Origin: a virus
Taxonomy: Duplodnaviria > Heunggongvirae > Uroviricota > Caudoviricetes > Crassvirales
Length of the DNA stretch: 34,345 nucleotides
Virus record (IMG/VR): IMGVR_UViG_2974729448_000001
Span: 67,318-101,662 of that record
Direction: 5' to 3' (one strand)
Below, one piece after another: positions 28,839 through 34,345 of this stretch. Position numbers and translations under genes: made by a program. Position 1 is the stretch's first letter. Every line of letters starts with the position of its first letter. The notes under the pieces are model-generated. The model was not told the DNA's origin and searched no databases. It saw only the letters and a list, made by a program, of their open reading frames with translations.

Positions 28839-30350
28839 TTACCCTTCCAGTATTGCTGGAATTAATGACATAGTTCTTGTTGGGTCAAGCACACAAACAC
28901 CTAATGTTGCCATCTTGTGAATCACTGCTGAATCCTCATCATATGACATATGATGATTACCCATAGCACCTGTGAATGGATTTCTCAAACCCCACTGATA
29001 ACTTCTAAGTTCATTATCACCTTTAATCTTACATTTAAAGATATTAGGTTGGTCCATAGTACCAATATACCAGATATCAAATCTATAAGACATAGCAGGA
29101 CCACCCATTGGGTGAATAATCTTATTTCTTACAGGGTCATCATAGAATGGGTCTACATCAAGTCTAACTCTAACACCATTAGGAGCCTTATATTCCACAA
29201 ATTGGAAACCAGCACTAAGTGCATTTGAGTGAAGTTTAGATTGAGTCTTTTCTACAACTCTTGTAGAATTATTATCAAGTACAAAAGTAGTCCAACCAGA
29301 TACAGTCTGTAGAACTGCTTTATGGAACAAGATAGCACCTCTTTCACCAGTCTTGATGATAAACAGTCTATCACTCATAGACAATTTAGAAGCTGACAAT
29401 TCATACAAAGCATCTTCAAGCAACTTCAAGCTGAATGTATTATAGTACATAGTATTGGCAACTTCTGTCTGTTCAAAGATACCAGCACCAGTCTTAATAA
29501 CATTACCTGACTTACCAAAGTTCATGTATTCACCATTAGCATTCCTATTTGAAGTACCAAATGCCATAGCATTATTCTTGTACTCAGAGAACTGTTCCTC
29601 TACTTCATAGTCTACATAGTGCATCCACATATTAGCAGTATCCTTGACTTGCTTGCCATTTACATTCCTTACCATAGGAATACCCATAGCAAGTTTCTTG
29701 CCAAGCTTATTACCAGCTACCTTATGTTGGATTCTAATAACAGACCACTCATTTCTCATAGAGACAGGAGTACTGAATCTAATATCACCTACCTTTCTTG
29801 AGAGTTCCTTTTCTACAGGAGCAAAGTCTACAGAGAATCTTTCACCTGCCTGAAGTCTTTCAGCAGGACATCCAGTGGTATTACCACCCATAAGTTCTAC
29901 TTTGTAGACAGCATTAGTACCTTCCATTCTTGCATCACCAAGAATTCTAAATGGATATACTTGGTTCAAGTTACCTACAATAACTTCACCATCTGCAAAC
30001 CAATCTTCTGGAAATACAAGATAGAAAGGAGATGTTCCCACACCAACATTAGCTGCACCTTCTGCAACTACTGTACCATTCTCATCTCTTGCTTCTACAA
30101 GTGGAATATTTCTTCTTGAAGAACCAATAACATCCCAATAATATTCATTATCATCCTCAAACTCTCTTACTGGGAATTGATTCAGGAATGTATCCAGAGT
30201 TTTCCCTCTATTAAATGCCAGCAACTGCACCATAAGGTTTGTAGCCTTTTGAGGTTGCATCTGGAAGATAGAGCCAAGGTGATTATCACTTGTCAGACCT
30301 TTCCAGTGTTGGAAGCCTAACATTTGAAATTTACCTAATTTACCAGCCAT
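28839..30350 (-). CDS. Major capsid protein (crAss-type HK97 fold), 503 aa
   Basis: Characteristic N-terminus GKFQMLGFQHWKGLTSDNHLGSIF, internal KTGAGIFEQ and TGERGAILFH, C-terminal GVCVLDPTRTMSLIP. Follows the putative scaffold gene and precedes a terminator. Confidence 0.92.
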   Translation of the reverse strand: MAGKLGKFQMLGFQHWKGLTSDNHLGSIFQMQPQKATNLMVQLLAFNRGKTLDTFLNQFPVREFEDDNEYYWDVIGSSRRNIPLVEARDENGTVVAEGAANVGVGTSPFYLVFPEDWFADGEVIVGNLNQVYPFRILGDARMEGTNAVYKVELMGGNTTGCPAERLQAGERFSVDFAPVEKELSRKVGDIRFSTPVSMRNEWSVIRIQHKVAGNKLGKKLAMGIPMVRNVNGKQVKDTANMWMHYVDYEVEEQFSEYKNNAMAFGTSNRNANGEYMNFGKSGNVIKTGAGIFEQTEVANTMYYNTFSLKLLEDALYELSASKLSMSDRLFIIKTGERGAILFHKAVLQTVSGWTTFVLDNNSTRVVEKTQSKLHSNALSAGFQFVEYKAPNGVRVRLDVDPFYDDPVRNKIIHPMGGPAMSYRFDIWYIGTMDQPNIFKCKIKGDNELRSYQWGLRNPFTGAMGNHHMSYDEDSAVIHKMATLGVCVLDPTRTMSLIPAILEG

Positions 30351-30382
30351 AAATTTTAATTATTTTTTAGTTATAAATATGT

Positions 30383-31534
30383 TTAGACATCAGGAGTCCA
30401 GCCATTTCCAATATAGGATTCATTGTCCTCCTCAATACCACCAACATATCTTGGATTACCTGCTGAGGACCTTGAACTGCTACTTAATTTGTGTTCCAGT
30501 TCTCTTAGACTTTGCTTGACTTCCTTCTTTACTTTGCCCTTGACTAAACCATCAAGATTTTTGAAGCCATCAGTAAGTGTGAAGAGTACACTAAGATATT
30601 TCTTAAACTCAACTGGATTATCTCTTTCATACTTTCCAATTGTAGTCAAATACTCACCATCTTCTGTTTTGAATACAGGCTTAGCAATATTATCAAAGGC
30701 TTTCTGTCTTGTGGTTTTATCCAATGGTATTCCTTCAAATACTTCTTTGTCCTCAAGCATTACCTTCTTAAGCTTTTCAGCCTGTTCCCTAACCCTTCTC
30801 TCTTCTTCTTTTGCTTCTTCTTGTGCTTCTTTGATAAGTTCCTGATAACTCTCAGTGAAGTACTTTCTGTTTTCTTCTAATGCTTCTTTAGCATCCTCAA
30901 CATCAGTACCTGCATTGATAGATTTCTGAACTTCCCTTTGTGCCCTTGCATCACTGTATCCTCTATTTCTAAAGTCCTGATAAATAAGCTTTTGCCTAAG
31001 CATTTCACCTTTATCATTTTCAGCAGTGATATCCTCTTCTTTAATTGAATCCAAATAAGAAAGAATATTCTCATACTTCTTTATTTCTTCTGGTTCAATA
31101 TCAGCATTAAGAGCAGCATCAATTCTCCTTTGTCTTTCATCAAGTTTTGCTTGAATTTGTTTTTCAACTGCCTCAGCAAAGTCCTCAGGTTCATTGATAC
31201 TCTTTAATGTTTCATCATCAAGGTCAGGGAAGATACCCTCATCTTTCAAGGCACTGGCAATGGAAGAGTAGAAGTTAGTTTTGGGAGAAGTACCATCCTT
31301 TTCAGATTTGGTATCTTCCTCTTCTTGATTATCTTTATCTTCACTACCTACGCCCTCTGGAGTATCAAATAGATTATCTGCATCTACTATCTCCTCCTCA
31401 GTAGTTTCCTTTTTTTCTTCAGTATTTACAGACTCTTCAGTCTTAGTTTCTTCTTGACTATCCTCAGAAAATAGACCTTCAATGTCTACTATTTCATCTC
31501 CAGACAGTATAAAATCTTCATTTAATCCATCCAT
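30383..31534 (-). CDS. Putative capsid scaffolding/assembly protein (acidic, coiled-coil), 383 aa
   Basis: Very acidic disordered N-terminus plus long coiled coils, directly upstream of and co-transcribed with MCP. Function inferred. Confidence 0.6.
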   Translation of the reverse strand: MDGLNEDFILSGDEIVDIEGLFSEDSQEETKTEESVNTEEKKETTEEEIVDADNLFDTPEGVGSEDKDNQEEEDTKSEKDGTSPKTNFYSSIASALKDEGIFPDLDDETLKSINEPEDFAEAVEKQIQAKLDERQRRIDAALNADIEPEEIKKYENILSYLDSIKEEDITAENDKGEMLRQKLIYQDFRNRGYSDARAQREVQKSINAGTDVEDAKEALEENRKYFTESYQELIKEAQEEAKEEERRVREQAEKLKKVMLEDKEVFEGIPLDKTTRQKAFDNIAKPVFKTEDGEYLTTIGKYERDNPVEFKKYLSVLFTLTDGFKNLDGLVKGKVKKEVKQSLRELEHKLSSSSRSSAGNPRYVGGIEEDNESYIGNGWTPDV

Positions 31535-31560
31535 AATTTTCTCCCTAATTATTAACTGAC

Positions 31561-31593
31561 TGCAAAGTTATAATAACTATTTGATGTAGACAA
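31561..31593 (-). promoter_or_regulatory. Bacteroidota-type promoter for the scaffold-MCP genes
   Basis: Minus strand TTG-N20-TAACTTTGCA, 26 nt upstream of the ATG at 31534 and downstream of a terminator. Confidence 0.75.
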
Positions 31594-31646
31594 TATGGTA
31601 ATTAAGATGCTTTAGATTGTATAAATAAAACCCTTATTTACTGAAC

Positions 31647-31682
31647 AAAAGAAAAGGTGTAATAACAAGTATTACACCCTCT
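31647..31682 (-). terminator. Intrinsic terminator closing the four-gene cassette
   Basis: Minus strand GGGTGTAATA-CTTGT-TATTACACC-TTTTCTTTT. Confidence 0.85.
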
Positions 31683-31688
31683 CAATCA

Positions 31689-32345
31689 TTATGCTTCCTT
31701 AAAATATTTCCATATTTTACATCCACCCTTATAATCATCATCCTTAAACCAGAAGTTGATTGCAGACTCTATGATTTTTGTATCAATATTGTCTCCAAAC
31801 CAAGCTTTAAACAGTTCACAGTAGTCATGATATTGGGCATTGATTGCAACATATACATCAGCATGAGTTACAGACTGAGGAATAATTCCTCTGTATCTTT
31901 CACACACTTCCTTAGCTTTAGACATGTCAAATTTTTCTCCAACATATTTTCTTCCATTTTCAGTATGATACATTTGAGATACAGTATATTTTGCATAGGA
32001 CTCATTGAAGTGTTCACCTTCATTTCCTTCTAACATCATTTCCATCAGTCTCTTTTTATCCTCATGGTCCATATACTTCATTTGTTCTATAAACTCACCT
32101 TTTGGGCTATGTCTATTGAAATAGAAATCCTCATACATTTCATAAGGGTCTCTTATATCTTTGAAGTCTTCTTCAAAGAACTCTCCTCTTTCAGAGTCTC
32201 TTCTCATGCCTCTACCTCTTCCTCTACCTCTTGCAAACTTTTCAGTTTCAAAATGCTCTTTGAGTTTTCTCATAAAGTCATCATCAGACATTCCTCTACC
32301 CTTATTTTTAAGGTACTCTCTTAATATAATTTCATCCATAATCAC
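31689..32345 (-). CDS. Hypothetical protein (cassette gene D): charged N-terminus with an RG repeat, globular C-domain
   Basis: 218 aa. FARGRGRGRGMRR is encoded by a 12-nt tandem repeat (32209-32232). C-domain ADVYVAINAQYHDY...FWFKDDDY...KIWKYF. Confidence 0.7.
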   Translation of the reverse strand: MIMDEIILREYLKNKGRGMSDDDFMRKLKEHFETEKFARGRGRGRGMRRDSERGEFFEEDFKDIRDPYEMYEDFYFNRHSPKGEFIEQMKYMDHEDKKRLMEMMLEGNEGEHFNESYAKYTVSQMYHTENGRKYVGEKFDMSKAKEVCERYRGIIPQSVTHADVYVAINAQYHDYCELFKAWFGDNIDTKIIESAINFWFKDDDYKGGCKIWKYFKEA

Positions 32346-32347
32346 AG

Positions 32348-32725
32348 TTATTTAGCAGTTAATAATTCCTTGAAACCTTCTAAGTCCTGCCCATTAAATA
32401 CTAAACTTTTATTTGTTAATGGTATATTGAGTTTAATTGTCCCTCCTCCAATATTAATGTCTCCCATAAATGGGGTCTTGAAGGTGAATGGTTCAGTAGT
32501 CATGACTGATTCTATCATTTCAGATAAGATAGCTTCAACATCTATTTCACCATTTTCATCTGCAATAAGCTCAAGTGTTTTGTTTATTTTGCTGAGATTC
32601 TTGTCTAATGCTCTTGTAATTAAAGGCTTAGTAAAGCTAATCATAGGATTTGTCTTTGCTACAGCTTCAATTTGAGTACCAAGGAATGTCTTTAATCTAT
32701 TTGTCAGTTGGGGTATAGTTACCAT
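32348..32725 (-). CDS. Hypothetical protein (cassette gene C), 125 aa
   Basis: Intact ORF with 2-nt spacings to both neighbours. Amphipathic N-terminal helices and a beta-rich C-terminus. Confidence 0.7.
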   Translation of the reverse strand: MVTIPQLTNRLKTFLGTQIEAVAKTNPMISFTKPLITRALDKNLSKINKTLELIADENGEIDVEAILSEMIESVMTTEPFTFKTPFMGDINIGGGTIKLNIPLTNKSLVFNGQDLEGFKELLTAK

Positions 32726-32727
32726 AA

Positions 32728-33237
32728 TTACATATTAGCTTTAATAAATTCTTCATAGGTTACATTAGGGTTAGATTTACTAAACTCTCTGAACCTTCTA
32801 AACATCTCCATCTCTTTATTAGTAGTATCAATTATCTTACCTTTTAACTTTTTTACTATCTTAAGTTGATGTGTTAATAGGTCTTTACCTTCCTGAGTAC
32901 CCTCAATTCTACCCTTCACAAGGTTTAGAATTTCAGCTTGTACAAGACCTTGTAGCTTATTATAAGTATCTACATAGTCTTCATCTTGAAACAGCATATT
33001 CTTTTGTTCATCTGTCATAGGCTCTATCTCTGAATCTATATCATCCCAGATTAACTTCTGAGGAGGCTGTTGTACTTGGGGTTGGGTCATTTGTTGCATT
33101 CTTTGTTGCTTTGCATTTTCAAGTAGCTGTTTCTGTTTCTCAAGAAACTGAATTTGCTCCTCAATATTACTTCCAACAGAAGTTGTACTTAATAATGGGT
33201 CCCCTCCCCCTAATATTACTTGATTTACTGGAAACAT
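32728..33237 (-). CDS. Hypothetical Gln-rich coiled-coil protein (cassette gene B), 169 aa
   Basis: Intact ORF with a QQRMQQMTQPQVQQPPQ linker between helical segments. Confidence 0.7.
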   Translation of the reverse strand: MFPVNQVILGGGDPLLSTTSVGSNIEEQIQFLEKQKQLLENAKQQRMQQMTQPQVQQPPQKLIWDDIDSEIEPMTDEQKNMLFQDEDYVDTYNKLQGLVQAEILNLVKGRIEGTQEGKDLLTHQLKIVKKLKGKIIDTTNKEMEMFRRFREFSKSNPNVTYEEFIKANM

Positions 33238-33264
33238 AATTAAAACAAATAAAAGTTAGTATTT

Positions 33265-33293
33265 AAAAGAAAGGGGAGAATTAACTCCCCTTT
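33265..33293 (-). terminator. Intrinsic terminator after cassette gene A
   Basis: Minus strand AAAGGGGAG-TTAATT-CTCCCCTTT-CTTTT. Confidence 0.8.
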
Positions 33294-33299
33294 AATTTA

Positions 33300-34076
33300 T
33301 TAAGCAGTAGGAGTAGCAGGAGCAGTTACTATTCTTGGGCAACCACATTGATTGGCTCCTACATAGCCAGTTATAGTAGGTTCATTAGGAAGACAAACCT
33401 GACCATAGATTACATTACAAGTCTTTCTATCAGTGTAATTAATACCAGCAGTAAATGCCTTATCAATCTCACATTGGATTAACTTATCTTGGTAAGGTCT
33501 TACAGCAGCATTAATAGCTACCTGAGCCTTCAAGTCAGATAGTTCTTTCATTATGCTGTCATCTGCATCTCTCTGAGATTTATATAGATTGAATGAATCT
33601 CTATTATGTTGAGCAGTCAATACATCAAATCCATCTCTTGTAGACTTGTACAAACCAAAGTCTGCATCTACTTGACTCTTATAGATACCAAATAATTCTT
33701 GGTCAATAGTTTGTCTATCTTGGAATCTTTGATTTTGTTGAGTCAATGCCCACTGATAAAGACCTCCTTGAAGTGCAAGAACATCTTCACATTCTTTCAT
33801 CTGAACCTCATATGCAGATGGACAATTTCTGCTACCTCCTGCCATTCCAGTTTCAAGACCATTGATGTTAATATTAGCACCACCAAGTCCAGAACCCAAG
33901 CCACTACCACCTAACAGACCAGCTCTTCTATTACCAAAGAGTGCCCATGCACCAAGAGCAGTACCAATGATACCCAATGTCAAACCTGCATTGGCTTTAC
34001 CATTAATATCTCTCTTATTAGGACCATAATAACCATCTTGATGTTCTACAATCTTTTCTTTTTCAATAATTTCCAT
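33300..34076 (-). CDS. Hypothetical protein (cassette gene A): Gly-zipper helix, 11-residue repeats, Cys-rich tail, 258 aa
   Basis: ANAGLTLGIIGTALGAWALFG hydrophobic Gly-zipper, GS-rich linker, repeats FGIYKSQVDAD / FGLYKSTRDGF / FNLYKSQRDAD, and a C-terminal CNV...C...QCGC. Confidence 0.75.
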   Translation of the reverse strand: MEIIEKEKIVEHQDGYYGPNKRDINGKANAGLTLGIIGTALGAWALFGNRRAGLLGGSGLGSGLGGANININGLETGMAGGSRNCPSAYEVQMKECEDVLALQGGLYQWALTQQNQRFQDRQTIDQELFGIYKSQVDADFGLYKSTRDGFDVLTAQHNRDSFNLYKSQRDADDSIMKELSDLKAQVAINAAVRPYQDKLIQCEIDKAFTAGINYTDRKTCNVIYGQVCLPNEPTITGYVGANQCGCPRIVTAPATPTA

Positions 34077-34127
34077 AATACCTGAAATTAATTGTTTTTA
34101 ATAATTTATCTATCTCTGTAAGCTTAC

Positions 34128-34165
34128 ACTGCTAAAGTTATGTAAATTATCTCAGGTATCATAAC
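34128..34165 (-). promoter_or_regulatory. Possible degenerate promoter for the cassette
   Basis: ACTGCTAAAGTTA differs from the ACTGCAAAGTTA of the MCP promoter by one inserted T (minus strand TAACTTTAGC). No clear -33 TTG. Confidence 0.35.
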
Positions 34166-34171
34166 ATTACT

Positions 34172-34206
34172 AAAAAGCCCCATAACTATTTAAGTTACAG
34201 GGCTTT
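34172..34206 (-). terminator. Intrinsic terminator upstream of the cassette
   Basis: Minus strand AAAGCCC-TG-TAACT-TAAAT-AGTTA-TG-GGGC-TTTTT: 14-bp stem with G-U pairs followed by a U-run, just after the stop at 34231. Confidence 0.7.
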
Positions 34207-34230
34207 AATTTAGCATTATGTTACTAATGC

Positions 34231-34345
34231 TTAACTATCAAATGCTATTGAATCTTTTCTTCCTTGATGTCTATAGAATACATCAACTATTTTATTATAT
34301 ATGTATGTTATGACATAAGCATCAATTTCATCATTATCTCTTTGT
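34231..34345 (-). CDS. C-terminal fragment of a gene entering from the right edge
   Basis: My own translation of the minus frame from 34344 gives QRDNDEIDAYVITYIYNKIVDVFYRHQGRKDSIAFDS*, with TAA at 34233-34231 followed by a terminator. Below the ORF-track length cutoff. Confidence 0.5.
   Translation of the reverse strand, partial: QRDNDEIDAYVITYIYNKIVDVFYRHQGRKDSIAFDS

Larger units (their letters stand above)
1..34345. mobile_element. Crassvirales (crAss-like) bacteriophage genome segment: virion RNAP, cargo, tail and capsid modules
   Basis: Giant RNAP with DFDID motif; crAss-type major capsid N-terminus (MAGKLGKFQMLGFQHWKGLTSDNHLGSIF); gene order MCP, ring, ring, auxiliary capsid, hubs, ring, IHF, ring, muzzle, cargo; Bacteroidota promoter motifs; no host housekeeping genes. 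Confidence 0.95.

Noticed and set aside
2481-33914. Many 60-160 aa antisense or out-of-frame ORFs in the track (e.g. 8376-8771, 14106-14579, 30423-30845)
   Set aside because: They lie wholly inside long genes, have S/L/I/F-rich shadow composition, and lack promoter or terminator support.
1-34345. Stop-codon reassignment (TAG to Gln or TGA to Trp), known in some crAss lineages
   Set aside because: All genes are full length under the standard code. TAG ends the genes at 7255 and 24075, and TGA ends those at 3138, 17908, 23285 and 24724, each at a sensible boundary.
1-34345. tRNA genes, introns, inteins or homing endonucleases
   Set aside because: I saw no cloverleaf-like segments in the short intergenic gaps and no interrupted genes or intein motifs in the RNAP fragment or MCP. 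tRNAscan or Infernal would be needed to exclude them formally.

Overview
A 34-kb segment of a crAss-like phage genome (Crassvirales). Gene order and protein sizes resemble the PhicrAss001/Steigviridae (beta) type; this assignment is from recall, not a database search. The + strand (1-7255) carries the C-terminal part of the giant virion RNA polymerase (DFDIDK catalytic loop) and a 1371-aa ejected protein. These converge at a bidirectional terminator with a long minus-strand virion block. Read in transcription order, that block is: a four-gene cassette of unknown function, putative scaffold, major capsid protein, conserved hypothetical, two ring proteins, auxiliary capsid protein, two tail-hub proteins, ring protein, IHF/HU-like protein, ring protein, muzzle, and three cargo proteins, the last with a RecB-like nuclease domain. 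Bacteroidota-type promoters (TAnnTTTG) and several intrinsic terminators are visible, and the standard genetic code is used. The most striking signals are: near-total CpG avoidance (about 14 CG in 34 kb by eye) with apparent absence of GATC; a 33-nt direct repeat at the starts of two tandem ring genes; a recurring xxGG motif partitioning cargo protein 1; a promoter embedded in a 56-nt hairpin; and the terminator-bounded four-gene cassette.
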